A DNA stretch of 64,000 bases from Eledone cirrhosa (lineage: Eukaryota), in the NCBI GenBank assembly GCA_964016885.1, contig OZ024742.1:37138001-37202000 (forward strand). The letters are read 5' to 3'. Both the position numbers and the translations under genes were made by a program. This document shows, piece by piece, positions 38,001 to 56,000 of this stretch (position 1 is the stretch's first letter; the number at the start of each line of letters is the position of its first letter). The notes under the pieces are model-generated. The model saw only the letters and a program-made list of their open reading frames with translations. It had not been told where the DNA came from and searched no databases.

Positions 38001-41000
38001 CTGTCACTGTACTGATATTACACTACTGTCACTGATGTTACATTACTGTCACTGTAGTGATGTTACACTACTGTCACTGTCACTGATGTTACATTACTGC
38101 CACTGTAATGATGTTACACTACTGTCACTGTACCGATGTTACACTACTGACTCTGTACTGATGTTACACTACTGTCACTGTACTGATGTTACACTACTGT
38201 CACTGTACTGATGTTACACTACTGTCACTGTTCTGATGTTACACTACTGTCACTGTACTGATGTTACATTACTGTCACTGTAGTGATGTTACACTACTGT
38301 CACTGTAATGATGTTACACTACTGTCACTGTAGTGATGTTACACTACTGTCACTGTACTGATGTTACACTACTGTCACTGTACTGATGTTACACTACTGT
38401 CACTGTACTGATGTTACACTACTGTCACTATACCGATGTTACACTACTGTCACTCTACCGATGTTACACTACTGTCACTGTAGTGATGTTACACTACTGT
38501 CACTGCAGTGATGTTACATTACTGTCACTGTAACGATGTTACACTACTGTCACTGTACTGATGTTACACTACTGTCACTGTAATGATTTTCCTCTACTGT
38601 CACTGTCACTGATGTTACACTACTGTCACTGTACTGATGTTACACTACTGTCACTGTACTGATGTTACACTACTGTCACTGTCACTGATGTTACACTGCT
38701 GGCACTGTACTGATGTTACACTACTGTCACTGTAGTGATGTTACACTGCTGTCACTGTACTGATGTTACACTACTGTCACTGTCACTGATGTTACACTAC
38801 TGTCACTGTACTGATGTTACACTGCTGTCACTGTACTGATGTTACACTACTGTCACTGTACTGATGTTACACTACTGTCACTGTCACTGATGTTACACTA
38901 CTGTCACTGATGTTACACTACTGTCACTATAGTGATGTTACACTACTGTCACTGATGTTATATTACTGCCACTGTAATGATATTACACTACTGTCACTGT
39001 ACCGATGTTACAATACTGTCACTGATGTTACACTACTGTCACTGTAGTGATGTTACATTAGTCACTGTAATGATGTTACACTACTGTCACTGTACTGATG
39101 TTACATTACTGTCACTGTACTGATGTTAGAGTACTGTCACTGTACTGATGTTACACTACTGTCACTGTACTGATGTTACACTACTGTCACTGTAATGATG
39201 TTACACTGCTGTCACTGTAATGATGTTACACTACTGTCACTGTACTGATGTTACATTACTGTCACTGTACTGATGTTAGAGTACTGTCACTGTACTGATG
39301 TTACACTACTGTCACTGTACTGATGTTACACTACTGTCACTGTACCGATGTTACACTACTGTCACTGTATTGATGTTACATTACTGTCACTGTAATGATG
39401 TTACATTACTGTCACTGTAATGATGTTACACTACTGTCACTGTACTGATGTTACACTACTGTCACTCACTGATGTTACACTACTGTCACTGTACCGATGT
39501 TATACTACTGACACTGTAGTTATGTTACACTACTGTCACTAATATTACACTACTGTCACTGTAATGATTTTACACTACTGTCACTACTGATGTTACACTA
39601 CTGTCACTGTAATGATGTTACATTACTGTCACTGTACTGATGTTATACTACTGTCACTGATGTTACACTACTGTCACTGTAATGATGTTACACTACTGTC
39701 ACTGTACTGATGTTACACTACTGTCACTGTAGTGATGTTACACTACTGTCACTGATGTTACATTACTGCCACTGTAATGATATTACACTACTGTCACTAC
39801 CGATGTTACAATACTGTCACTGATGTTACACTACTGTCACTGTAGTGATGTTACATTATTGTCACTGTAATGATGTTACACTACTGTCACTGTACTGATG
39901 TTACATTACTGTCACTGTACTGATGTTAGAGTACTGTCACTGTACTGATGTTACACTACTGTCACTGTACTGATATTACACTACTGTCACTGTACTGATG
40001 TTACACTGCTGTCACTGTAGTGATGTTATACTACTGTCACTGTAGTGATGTTATACTACTGTCACTGTAGTGATGTTACACTACTGTCACTGTACTGATG
40101 TTACACTACTGTCACTGTACTGATGTTACACTACTGTCACTGTACTGATGTTACACTACTGTCACTGTACTGATATTACACTACTGTCACTGTACTGATG
40201 TTACACTGCTGTCACTGTAGTGATGTTATACTACTGTCACTGTAGTGATGTTATACTACTGTCACTGTAGTGATGTTACACTACTGTCACTGTACTGATG
40301 TTACACTACTGTCACTGTACTGATGTTACACTACTGTCACTGTACTGATGTTACACTACTGTCTCTATACTGATGTTACACTACTGTCACTGTACCGATG
40401 TTACACTACTGACACTGTACTGATGTTACATTACTGTCACTGTAGTGATGTTACACTACTGTCACTGTACTGATGTTACACTACTGTCAATGTCACTGAT
40501 GTTACACTACTGTCACTGTACTGATATTAGACTACTGTTACTGATGTTACATTACTGTCACTGTACTGATGTTACACTACTGTCACTGTACTGATGTTAC
40601 ATTACTGCCACTGTAATGATGTTACACTACTGTCACTACTGTCACTGTAGTGATGTTACACTACTGTCACTGTACTGATATTACACTACTGTCACTGATG
40701 TTACATTACTGTCACTGTAGTGATGTTACACTACTGTCACTGTCACTGATGTTACATTACTGCCACTGTAATGATGTTACACTACTGTCACTGTACCGAT
40801 GTTACACTACTGACACTGTACTGATGTAACACTACTGTCACTGTTCATATGTTACACTACTGTCACTGTACTGATGTTACACTACTGTCACTGTAGTGAT
40901 GTTACACTACTGTCACTGTACCGATGTTACACTACTGACACTGTACCGATGTTACACTACTGTCACTGTACTGATGTTACACTACTGTCACTGTACTGAT

Positions 41001-44000
41001 GTTACACTACTGTCACTGTAATGATGTTACACTACTGTCACTGTACTGATGTTACACTAATGTCACTGTAGTGATGGTACACTACTGTCACAGTACTGAT
41101 GTTACACTACTGTCACTGATGTTACACTACTGTCACTGTAATATTACACTACTGTCACTGTAGTGATGTTACACTACTGTCACTGTACTGATGTTACACT
41201 ACTGTCACTGTACTGATGTTACACTACTGTCACTGATGTTACACTACTGTCACTGTAGTGATGTTACACTGCTGTCACTGTACTGATGTTACACTACTGT
41301 CACTGTCACTGATGTTACACTACTGTCACTGTACTGATGTTACACTGCTGTCACTGTACCGATGTTACACTACTGTCACTGTACTGATGTTACACTACTG
41401 TCACTGTCACTGATGTTACACTACTGTCACTGTCACTGATGTTACACTACTGTCACTGTACTGATGTTACACTACTGTCACTGTACCGATGTTACACTAC
41501 TGTCACTGTATTGATGTTACATTACTGTCACTGTAATGATGTTACATTACTGTCACTGTAATGATGTTACACTACTGTCACTGTACTGATGTTACACTAC
41601 TGTCACTGTCACTGATGTTACACTACTGTCACTGTACCGATGTTATACTACTGACACTGTAGTTATGTTACACTACTGTCACTAATATTACACTACTGTC
41701 ACTGTAATGATTTTACACTACTGTCACTACTGATGTTACACTACTGTCACTGTAATGATGTTACATTACTGTCACTGTACTGATGTTATACTACTGTCAC
41801 TGATGTTACACTACTGTCACTGTAATGATGTTACACTACTGTCACTGTACTGATGTTACACTACTGTCACTGTAGTGATGTTACACTACTGTCACTGATG
41901 TTACATTACTGCCACTGTAATGATATTACACTACTGTCACTGTACCGATGTTACAATACTGTCACTGATGTTACACTACTGTCACTGTAGTGATGTTACA
42001 TTATTGTCACTGTAATGATGTTACACTACTGTCACTGTACTGATGTTACATTACTGTCACTGTACTGATGTTAGAGTACTGTCACTGTACTGATGTTACA
42101 CTACTGTCACTGTACTGATATTACACTACTGTCACTGTACTGATGTTACACTGCTGTCACTGTAGTGATGTTATACTACTGTCACTGTAGTGATGTTATA
42201 CTACTGTCACTGTAGTGATGTTACACTACTGTCACTGTACTGATGTTACACTACTGTCACTGTACTGATGTTACACTACTGTCACTGTACTGATGTTACA
42301 CTACTGTCACTGTACTGATATTACACTACTGTCACTGTACTGATGTTACACTGCTGTCACTGTAGTGATGTTATACTACTGTCACTGTAGTGATGTTATA
42401 CTACTGTCACTGTAGTGATGTTACACTACTGTCACTGTACTGATGTTACACTACTGTCACTGTACTGATGTTACACTACTGTCACTGTACTGATGTTACA
42501 CTACTGTCAATGTCACTGATGTTACACTACTGTCACTGTACTGATATTAGACTACTGTTACTGATGTTACATTACTGTCACTGTACTGATGTTACACTAC
42601 TGTCACTGTACTGATGTTACATTACTGCCACTGTAATGATGTTACACTACTGTCACTGTACCGATGTTACACTACTGACACTGTACTGATGTAACACTAC
42701 TGTCACTGTTCTGATGTTACACTACTGTCACTGTACTGATGTTACACTACTGTCACTGTAGTGATGTTACACTACTGTCACTGTACCGATGTTACACTAC
42801 TGACACTGTACCGATGTTACACTACTGTCACTGTACTGATGTTACACTACTGTCACTGTACTGATGTTACACTACTGTCACTGTAATGATGTTACACTAC
42901 TGTCACTGTACTGATGTTACACTAATGTCACTGTAGTGATGGTACACTACTGTCACAGTACTGATGTTACACTACTGTCACTGATGTTACACTACTGTCA
43001 CTGTAATATTACACTACTGTCACTGTAGTGATGTTACACTACTGTCACTGTACTGATGTTACACTACTGTCACTGTACTGATGTTACACTACTGTCACTG
43101 TCACTGATGTTACACTGCTGGCACTGTACTGATGTTACACTACTGTCACTGTAGTGATGTTACACTGCTGTCACTGTACTGATGTTACACTACTGTCACT
43201 GTCACTGATGTTACACTACTGTCACTGTACTGATGTTACACTGCTGTCACTGTACCGATGTTACACTACTGTCACTGTACTGATGTTACACTACTGTCAC
43301 TGTCACTGATGTTACACTACTGTCACTGTCACTGATGTTACACTACTGTCACTGTACTGATGTTACACTACTGTCACTGTACCGATGTTACACTACTGTC
43401 ACTGTATTGATGTTACATTACTGTCACTGTAATGATGTTACATTACTGTCACTGTAATGATGTTACACTACTGTCACTGTACTGATGTTACACTACTGTC
43501 ACTGTCACTGATGTTACACTACTGTCACTGTACCGATGTTATACTACTGACACTGTAGTTATGTTACACTACTGTCACTAATATTACACTACTGTCACTG
43601 TAATGATTTTACACTACTGTCACTACTGATGTTACACTACTGTCACTGTAATGATGTTACATTACTGTCACTGTACTGATGTTATACTACTGTCACTGAT
43701 GTTACACTACTGTCACTGTAATGATGTTACACTACTGTCACTGTACTGATGTTACACTACTGTCACTGTAGTGATGTTACACTACTGTCACTGATGTTAC
43801 ATTACTGCCACTGTAATGATATTACACTACTGTCACTGTACCGATGTTACAATACTGTCACTGATGTTACACTACTGTCACTGTAGTGATGTTACATTAT
43901 TGTCACTGTAATGATGTTACACTACTGTCACTGTACTGATGTTACATTACTGTCACTGTACTGATGTTAGAGTACTGTCACTGTACTGATGTTACACTAC

Positions 44001-47000
44001 TGTCACTGTACTGATATTACACTACTGTCACTGTACTGATGTTATACTACTGTCACGCTAGTGATGTTATACTACTGTCACTGTACTGATGTTACACTAC
44101 TGTCACTGTACTGATGTTACACTACTGTCACTGTACTGATGTTACACTACTGTCACTGTACTGATGTTACAGTACTGTCACTGTACTGATGTTACACTAC
44201 TGTCACTGTACTGATGTTACACTACTGTCTCTATACTGATGTTACACTACTGTCACTGTACCGATGTTACACTACTGACACTGTACTGATGTTACATTAC
44301 TGTCACTGTAGTGATGTTACACTACTGTCACTGTACTGATGTTACACTACTGTCAATGTCACTGATGTTACACTACTGTCACTGTACTGATATTACACTA
44401 CTGTTACTGATGTTACATTACTGTCACTGTACTGATGTTACACTACTGTCACTGTACTGATGTTACATTACTGCCACTGTAATGATGTTACACTACTGTC
44501 ACTGTAGTGATGTTACACTACTGTCACTGTACTGATATTACACTACTGTCACTGATGTTACACTACTGTCACTGTAGTGATGTTACATTAGTCACTGTAA
44601 TGATGTTACACTACTGTCACTGTACTGATGTTACATTACTGTCACTGTACTGATGTTAGAGTACTGTCACTGTACTGATGTTACACTACTGTCACTGTAC
44701 TGATGTTACACTACTGTCACTGTAATGATGTTACACTGCTGTCACTGTAATGATGTTACACTACTGTCACTGTACTGATGTTACATTACTGTCACTGTAC
44801 TGATGTTAGAGTACTGTCACTGTACTGATGTTACACTACTGTCACTGTACTGATGTTACACTACTGTCACTGTAATGATGTTACACTGCTGTCACTGTAA
44901 TGATGTTACACTACTGTCACTGTACTGATGTTACATTACTGTCACTGTACTGATGTTAGAGTACTGTCACTGTACTGATGTTACACTACTGTCACTGTAC
45001 TGATGTTACACTACTGTCACTGTACCGATGTTACACTACTGTCACTGTATTGATGTTACATTACTGTCACTGTAATGATGTTACATTACTGTCACTGTAA
45101 TGATGTTACACTACTGTCACTGTACTGATGTTACACTACTGTCACTCACTGATGTTACACTACTGTCACTGTACCGATGTTATACTACTGACACTGTAGT
45201 TATGTTACACTACTGTCACTAATATTACACTACTGTCACTGTAATGATTTTACACTACTGTCACTACTGATGTTACACTACTGTCACTGTAATGATGTTA
45301 CATTACTGTCACTGTACTGATGTTATACTACTGTCACTGATGTTACACTACTGTCACTGTAATGATGTTACACTACTGTCACTGTACTGATGTTACACTA
45401 CTGTCACTGTAGTGATGTTACACTACTGTCACTGATGTTACATTACTGCCACTGTAATGATATTACACTACTGTCACTACCGATGTTACAATACTGTCAC
45501 TGATGTTACACTACTGTCACTGTAGTGATGTTACATTATTGTCACTGTAATGATGTTACACTACTGTCACTGTACTGATGTTACATTACTGTCACTGTAC
45601 TGATGTTAGAGTACTGTCACTGTACTGATGTTACACTACTGTCACTGTACTGATATTACACTACTGTCACTGTACTGATGTTACACTGCTGTCACTGTAG
45701 TGATGTTATACTACTGTCACTGTAGTGATGTTATACTACTGTCACTGTAGTGATGTTACACTACTGTCACTGTACTGATGTTACACTACTGTCACTGTAC
45801 TGATGTTACACTACTGTCACTGTACTGATGTTACACTACTGTCACTGTACTGATATTACACTACTGTCACTGTACTGATGTTACACTGCTGTCACTGTAG
45901 TGATGTTATACTACTGTCACTGTAGTGATGTTATACTACTGTCACTGTAGTGATGTTACACTACTGTCACTGTACTGATGTTACACTACTGTCACTGTAC
46001 TGATGTTACACTACTGTCACTGTACTGATGTTACACTACTGTCTCTATACTGATGTTACACTACTGTCACTGTACCGATGTTACACTACTGACACTGTAC
46101 TGATGTTACATTACTGTCACTGTAGTGATGTTACACTACTGTCACTGTACTGATGTTACACTACTGTCAATGTCACTGATGTTACACTACTGTCACTGTA
46201 CTGATATTAGACTACTGTTACTGATGTTACATTACTGTCACTGTACTGATGTTACACTACTGTCACTGTACTGATGTTACATTACTGCCACTGTAATGAT
46301 GTTACACTACTGTCACTACTGTCACTGTAGTGATGTTACACTACTGTCACTGTACTGATATTACACTACTGTCACTGATGTTACATTACTGTCACTGTAG
46401 TGATGTTACACTACTGTCACTGTCACTGATGTTACATTACTGCCACTGTAATGATGTTACACTACTGTCACTGTACCGATGTTACACTACTGACACTGTA
46501 CTGATGTAACACTACTGTCACTGTTCATATGTTACACTACTGTCACTGTACTGATGTTACACTACTGTCACTGTAGTGATGTTACACTACTGTCACTGTA
46601 CCGATGTTACACTACTGACACTGTACCGATGTTACACTACTGTCACTGTACTGATGTTACACTACTGTCACTGTACTGATGTTACACTACTGTCACTGTA
46701 ATGATGTTACACTACTGTCACTGTACTGATGTTACGCTAATGTCACTGTAGTGATGGTACACTACTGTCACAGTACTGATGTTACACTACTGTCACTGAT
46801 GTTACACTACTGTCACTGTAATATTACACTACTGTCACTGTAGTGATGTTACACTACTGTCACTGTACTGATGTTACACTACTGTCACTGTACTGATGTT
46901 ACACTACTGTCACTGATGTTACACTACTGTCACTGTAGTGATGTTACACTGCTGTCACTGTACTGATGTTACACTACTGTCACTGTCACTGATGTTACAC

Positions 47001-50000
47001 TACTGTCACTGTACTGATGTTACACTGCTGTCACTGTACCGATGTTACACTACTGTCACTGTACTGATGTTACACTACTGTCACTGTCACTGATGTTACA
47101 CTACTGTCACTGTCACTGATGTTACACTACTGTCACTGTACTGATGTTACACTACTGTCACTGTACCGATGTTACACTACTGTCACTGTATTGATGTTAC
47201 ATTACTGTCACTGTAATGATGTTACATTACTGTCACTGTAATGATGTTACACTACTGTCACTGTACTGATGTTACACTACTGTCACTGTCACTGATGTTA
47301 CACTACTGTCACTGTACCGATGTTATACTACTGACACTGTAGTTATGTTACACTACTGTCACTAATATTACACTACTGTCACTGTAATGATTTTACACTA
47401 CTGTCACTACTGATGTTACACTACTGTCACTGTAATGATGTTACATTACTGTCACTGTACTGATGTTATACTACTGTCACTGATGTTACACTACTGTCAC
47501 TGTAATGATGTTACACTACTGTCACTGTACTGATGTTACACTACTGTCACTGTAGTGATGTTACACTACTGTCACTGATGTTACATTACTGCCACTGTAA
47601 TGATATTACACTACTGTCACTGTACCGATGTTACAATACTGTCACTGATGTTACACTACTGTCACTGTAGTGATGTTACATTATTGTCACTGTAATGATG
47701 TTACACTACTGTCACTGTACTGATGTTACATTACTGTCACTGTACTGATGTTAGAGTACTGTCACTGTACTGATGTTACACTACTGTCACTGTACTGATA
47801 TTACACTACTGTCACTGTACTGATGTTACACTGCTGTCACTGTAGTGATGTTATACTACTGTCACTGTAGTGATGTTATACTACTGTCACTGTAGTGATG
47901 TTACACTACTGTCACTGTACTGATGTTACACTACTGTCACTGTACTGATGTTACACTACTGTCACTGTACTGATGTTACACTACTGTCACTGTACTGATA
48001 TTACACTACTGTCACTGTACTGATGTTACACTGCTGTCACTGTAGTGATGTTATACTACTGTCACTGTAGTGATGTTATACTACTGTCACTGTAGTGATG
48101 TTACACTACTGTCACTGTACTGATGTTACACTACTGTCACTGTACTGATGTTACACTACTGTCACTGTACTGATGTTACACTACTGTCTCTATACTGATG
48201 TTACACTACTGTCACTGTACCGATGTTACACTACTGACACTGTACTGATGTTACATTACTGTCACTGTAGTGATGTTACACTACTGTCACTGTACTGATG
48301 TTACACTACTGTCAATGTCACTGATGTTACACTACTGTCACTGTACTGATATTAGACTACTGTTACTGATGTTACATTACTGTCACTGTACTGATGTTAC
48401 ACTACTGTCACTGTACTGATGTTACATTACTGCCACTGTAATGATGTTACACTACTGTCACTACTGTCACTGTAGTGATGTTACACTACTGTCACTGTAC
48501 TGATATTACACTACTGTCACTGATGTTACATTACTGTCACTGTAGTGATGTTACACTACTGTCACTGTCACTGATGTTACATTACTGCCACTGTAATGAT
48601 GTTACACTACTGTCACTGTACCGATGTTACACTACTGACACTGTACTGATGTAACACTACTGTCACTGTTCATATGTTACACTACTGTCACTGTACTGAT
48701 GTTACACTACTGTCACTGTAGTGATGTTACACTACTGTCACTGTACCGATGTTACACTACTGACACTGTACCGATGTTACACTACTGTCACTGTACTGAT
48801 GTTACACTACTGTCACTGTACTGATGTTACACTACTGTCACTGTAATGATGTTACACTACTGTCACTGTACTGATGTTACACTAATGTCACTGTAGTGAT
48901 GGTACACTACTGTCACAGTACTGATGTTACACTACTGTCACTGATGTTACACTACTGTCACTGTAATATTACACTACTGTCACTGTAGTGATGTTACACT
49001 ACTGTCACTGTACTGATGTTACACTACTGTCACTGTACTGATGTTACACTACTGTCACTGATGTTACACTACTGTCACTGTAGTGATGTTACACTGCTGT
49101 CACTGTACTGATGTTACACTACTGTCACTGTCACTGATGTTACACTACTGTCACTGTACTGATGTTACACTGCTGTCACTGTACCGATGTTACACTACTG
49201 TCACTGTACTGATGTTACACTACTGTCACTGTCACTGATGTTACACTACTGTCACTGTCACTGATGTTACACTACTGTCACTGTACTGATGTTACACTAC
49301 TGTCACTGTACCGATGTTACACTACTGTCACTGTATTGATGTTACATTACTGTCACTGTAATGATGTTACATTACTGTCACTGTAATGATGTTACACTAC
49401 TGTCACTGTACTGATGTTACACTACTGTCACTGTCACTGATGTTACACTACTGTCACTGTACCGATGTTATACTACTGACACTGTAGTTATGTTACACTA
49501 CTGTCACTAATATTACACTACTGTCACTGTAATGATTTTACACTACTGTCACTACTGATGTTACACTACTGTCACTGTAATGATGTTACATTACTGTCAC
49601 TGTACTGATGTTATACTACTGTCACTGATGTTACACTACTGTCACTGTAATGATGTTACACTACTGTCACTGTACTGATGTTACACTACTGTCACTGTAG
49701 TGATGTTACACTACTGTCACTGATGTTACATTACTGCCACTGTAATGATATTACACTACTGTCACTGTACCGATGTTACAATACTGTCACTGATGTTACA
49801 CTACTGTCACTGTAGTGATGTTACATTATTGTCACTGTAATGATGTTACACTACTGTCACTGTACTGATGTTACATTACTGTCACTGTACTGATGTTAGA
49901 GTACTGTCACTGTACTGATGTTACACTACTGTCACTGTACTGATATTACACTACTGTCACTGTACTGATGTTACACTGCTGTCACTGTAGTGATGTTATA

Positions 50001-53000
50001 CTACTGTCACTGTAGTGATGTTATACTACTGTCACTGTAGTGATGTTACACTACTGTCACTGTACTGATGTTACACTACTGTCACTGTACTGATGTTACA
50101 CTACTGTCACTGTACTGATGTTACACTACTGTCACTGTACTGATATTACACTACTGTCACTGTACTGATGTTACACTGCTGTCACTGTAGTGATGTTATA
50201 CTACTGTCACTGTAGTGATGTTATACTACTGTCACTGTAGTGATGTTACACTACTGTCACTGTACTGATGTTACACTACTGTCACTGTACTGATGTTACA
50301 CTACTGTCACTGTACTGATGTTACACTACTGTCAATGTCACTGATGTTACACTACTGTCACTGTACTGATATTAGACTACTGTTACTGATGTTACATTAC
50401 TGTCACTGTACTGATGTTACACTACTGTCACTGTACTGATGTTACATTACTGCCACTGTAATGATGTTACACTACTGTCACTGTACCGATGTTACACTAC
50501 TGACACTGTACTGATGTAACACTACTGTCACTGTTCTGATGTTACACTACTGTCACTGTACTGATGTTACACTACTGTCACTGTAGTGATGTTACACTAC
50601 TGTCACTGTACCGATGTTACACTACTGACACTGTACCGATGTTACACTACTGTCACTGTACTGATGTTACACTACTGTCACTGTACTGATGTTACACTAC
50701 TGTCACTGTAATGATGTTACACTACTGTCACTGTACTGATGTTACACTAATGTCACTGTAGTGATGGTACACTACTGTCACAGTACTGATGTTACACTAC
50801 TGTCACTGATGTTACACTACTGTCACTGTAATATTACACTACTGTCACTGTAGTGATGTTACACTACTGTCACTGTACTGATGTTACACTACTGTCACTG
50901 TACTGATGTTACACTACTGTCACTGTCACTGATGTTACACTGCTGGCACTGTACTGATGTTACACTACTGTCACTGTAGTGATGTTACACTGCTGTCACT
51001 GTACTGATGTTACACTACTGTCACTGTCACTGATGTTACACTACTGTCACTGTACTGATGTTACACTGCTGTCACTGTACCGATGTTACACTACTGTCAC
51101 TGTACTGATGTTACACTACTGTCACTGTCACTGATGTTACACTACTGTCACTGTCACTGATGTTACACTACTGTCACTGTACTGATGTTACACTACTGTC
51201 ACTGTACCGATGTTACACTACTGTCACTGTATTGATGTTACATTACTGTCACTGTAATGATGTTACATTACTGTCACTGTAATGATGTTACACTACTGTC
51301 ACTGTACTGATGTTACACTACTGTCACTGTCACTGATGTTACACTACTGTCACTGTACCGATGTTATACTACTGACACTGTAGTTATGTTACACTACTGT
51401 CACTAATATTACACTACTGTCACTGTAATGATTTTACACTACTGTCACTACTGATGTTACACTACTGTCACTGTAATGATGTTACATTACTGTCACTGTA
51501 CTGATGTTATACTACTGTCACTGATGTTACACTACTGTCACTGTAATGATGTTACACTACTGTCACTGTACTGATGTTACACTACTGTCACTGTAGTGAT
51601 GTTACACTACTGTCACTGATGTTACATTACTGCCACTGTAATGATATTACACTACTGTCACTGTACCGATGTTACAATACTGTCACTGATGTTACACTAC
51701 TGTCACTGTAGTGATGTTACATTATTGTCACTGTAATGATGTTACACTACTGTCACTGTACTGATGTTACATTACTGTCACTGTACTGATGTTAGAGTAC
51801 TGTCACTGTACTGATGTTACACTACTGTCACTGTACTGATATTACACTACTGTCACTGTACTGATGTTACACTGCTGTCACTGTAGTGATGTTATACTAC
51901 TGTCACGCTAGTGATGTTATACTACTGTCACTGTAGTGATGTTACACTACTGTCACTGTACTGATGTTACACTACTGTCACTGTACTGATGTTACACTAC
52001 TGTCACTGTACTGATGTTACACTACTGTCACTGTACTGATGTTACAGTACTGTCACTGTACTGATGTTACACTACTGTCACTGTACTGATGTTACACTAC
52101 TGTCTCTATACTGATGTTACACTACTGTCACTGTACCGATGTTACACTACTGACACTGTACTGATGTTACATTACTGTCACTGTAGTGATGTTACACTAC
52201 TGTCACTGTACTGATGTTACACTACTGTCAATGTCACTGATGTTACACTACTGTCACTGTACTGATATTACACTACTGTTACTGATGTTACATTACTGTC
52301 ACTGTACTGATGTTACACTACTGTCACTGTACTGATGTTACATTACTGCCACTGTAATGATGTTACACTACTGTCACTGTAGTGATGTTACACTACTGTC
52401 ACTGTACTGATATTACACTACTGTCACTGATGTTACACTACTGTCACTGTAGTGATGTTACATTAGTCACTGTAATGATGTTACACTACTGTCACTGTAC
52501 TGATGTTACATTACTGTCACTGTACTGATGTTAGAGTACTGTCACTGTACTGATGTTACACTACTGTCACTGTACTGATGTTACACTACTGTCACTGTAA
52601 TGATGTTACACTGCTGTCACTGTAATGATGTTACACTACTGTCACTGTACTGATGTTACATTACTGTCACTGTACTGATGTTAGAGTACTGTCACTGTAC
52701 TGATGTTACACTACTGTCACTGTACTGATGTTACACTACTGTCACTGTAATGATGTTACACTGCTGTCACTGTAATGATGTTACACTACTGTCACTGTAC
52801 TGATGTTACATTACTGTCACTGTACTGATGTTAGAGTACTGTCACTGTACTGATGTTACACTACTGTCACTGTACTGATGTTACACTACTGTCACTGTAC
52901 CGATGTTACACTACTGTCACTGTATTGATGTTACATTACTGTCACTGTAATGATGTTACATTACTGTCACTGTAATGATGTTACACTACTGTCACTGTAC

Positions 53001-56000
53001 TGATGTTACACTACTGTCACTCACTGATGTTACACTACTGTCACTGTACCGATGTTATACTACTGACACTGTAGTTATGTTACACTACTGTCACTAATAT
53101 TACACTACTGTCACTGTAATGATTTTACACTACTGTCACTACTGATGTTACACTACTGTCACTGTAATGATGTTACATTACTGTCACTGTACTGATGTTA
53201 TACTACTGTCACTGATGTTACACTACTGTCACTGTAATGATGTTACACTACTGTCACTGTACTGATGTTACACTACTGTCACTGTAGTGATGTTACACTA
53301 CTGTCACTGATGTTACATTACTGCCACTGTAATGATATTACACTACTGTCACTACCGATGTTACAATACTGTCACTGATGTTACACTACTGTCACTGTAG
53401 TGATGTTACATTATTGTCACTGTAATGATGTTACACTACTGTCACTGTACTGATGTTACATTACTGTCACTGTACTGATGTTAGAGTACTGTCACTGTAC
53501 TGATGTTACACTACTGTCACTGTACTGATATTACACTACTGTCACTGTACTGATGTTACACTGCTGTCACTGTAGTGATGTTATACTACTGTCACTGTAG
53601 TGATGTTATACTACTGTCACTGTAGTGATGTTACACTACTGTCACTGTACTGATGTTACACTACTGTCACTGTACTGATGTTACACTACTGTCACTGTAC
53701 TGATGTTACACTACTGTCACTGTACTGATATTACACTACTGTCACTGTACTGATGTTACACTGCTGTCACTGTAGTGATGTTATACTACTGTCACTGTAG
53801 TGATGTTATACTACTGTCACTGTAGTGATGTTACACTACTGTCACTGTACTGATGTTACACTACTGTCACTGTACTGATGTTACACTACTGTCACTGTAC
53901 TGATGTTACACTACTGTCTCTATACTGATGTTACACTACTGTCACTGTACCGATGTTACACTACTGACACTGTACTGATGTTACATTACTGTCACTGTAG
54001 TGATGTTACACTACTGTCACTGTACTGATGTTACACTACTGTCAATGTCACTGATGTTACACTACTGTCACTGTACTGATATTAGACTACTGTTACTGAT
54101 GTTACATTACTGTCACTGTACTGATGTTACACTACTGTCACTGTACTGATGTTACATTACTGCCACTGTAATGATGTTACACTACTGTCACTACTGTCAC
54201 TGTAGTGATGTTACACTACTGTCACTGTACTGATATTACACTACTGTCACTGATGTTACATTACTGTCACTGTAGTGATGTTACACTACTGTCACTGTCA
54301 CTGATGTTACATTACTGCCACTGTAATGATGTTACACTACTGTCACTGTACCGATGTTACACTACTGACACTGTACTGATGTAACACTACTGTCACTGTT
54401 CATATGTTACACTACTGTCACTGTACTGATGTTACACTACTGTCACTGTAGTGATGTTACACTACTGTCACTGTACCGATGTTACACTACTGACACTGTA
54501 CCGATGTTACACTACTGTCACTGTACTGATGTTACACTACTGTCACTGTACTGATGTTACACTACTGTCACTGTAATGATGTTACACTACTGTCACTGTA
54601 CTGATGTTACGCTAATGTCACTGTAGTGATGGTACACTACTGTCACAGTACTGATGTTACACTACTGTCACTGATGTTACACTACTGTCACTGTAATATT
54701 ACACTACTGTCACTGTAGTGATGTTACACTACTGTCACTGTACTGATGTTACACTACTGTCACTGTACTGATGTTACACTACTGTCACTGATGTTACACT
54801 ACTGTCACTGTAGTGATGTTACACTGCTGTCACTGTACTGATGTTACACTACTGTCACTGTCACTGATGTTACACTACTGTCACTGTACTGATGTTACAC
54901 TGCTGTCACTGTACCGATGTTACACTACTGTCACTGTACTGATGTTACACTACTGTCACTGTCACTGATGTTACACTACTGTCACTGTCACTGATGTTAC
55001 ACTACTGTCACTGTACTGATGTTACACTACTGTCACTGTACCGATGTTACACTACTGTCACTGTATTGATGTTACATTACTGTCACTGTAATGATGTTAC
55101 ATTACTGTCACTGTAATGATGTTACACTACTGTCACTGTACTGATGTTACACTACTGTCACTGTCACTGATGTTACACTACTGTCACTGTACCGATGTTA
55201 TACTACTGACACTGTAGTTATGTTACACTACTGTCACTAATATTACACTACTGTCACTGTAATGATTTTACACTACTGTCACTACTGATGTTACACTACT
55301 GTCACTGTAATGATGTTACATTACTGTCACTGTACTGATGTTATACTACTGTCACTGATGTTACACTACTGTCACTGTAATGATGTTACACTACTGTCAC
55401 TGTACTGATGTTACACTACTGTCACTGTAGTGATGTTACACTACTGTCACTGATGTTACATTACTGCCACTGTAATGATATTACACTACTGTCACTGTAC
55501 CGATGTTACAATACTGTCACTGATGTTACACTACTGTCACTGTAGTGATGTTACATTATTGTCACTGTAATGATGTTACACTACTGTCACTGTACTGATG
55601 TTACATTACTGTCACTGTACTGATGTTAGAGTACTGTCACTGTACTGATGTTACACTACTGTCACTGTACTGATATTACACTACTGTCACTGTACTGATG
55701 TTACACTGCTGTCACTGTAGTGATGTTATACTACTGTCACTGTAGTGATGTTATACTACTGTCACTGTAGTGATGTTACACTACTGTCACTGTACTGATG
55801 TTACACTACTGTCACTGTACTGATGTTACACTACTGTCACTGTACTGATGTTACACTACTGTCACTGTACTGATATTACACTACTGTCACTGTACTGATG
55901 TTACACTGCTGTCACTGTAGTGATGTTATACTACTGTCACTGTAGTGATGTTATACTACTGTCACTGTAGTGATGTTACACTACTGTCACTGTACTGATG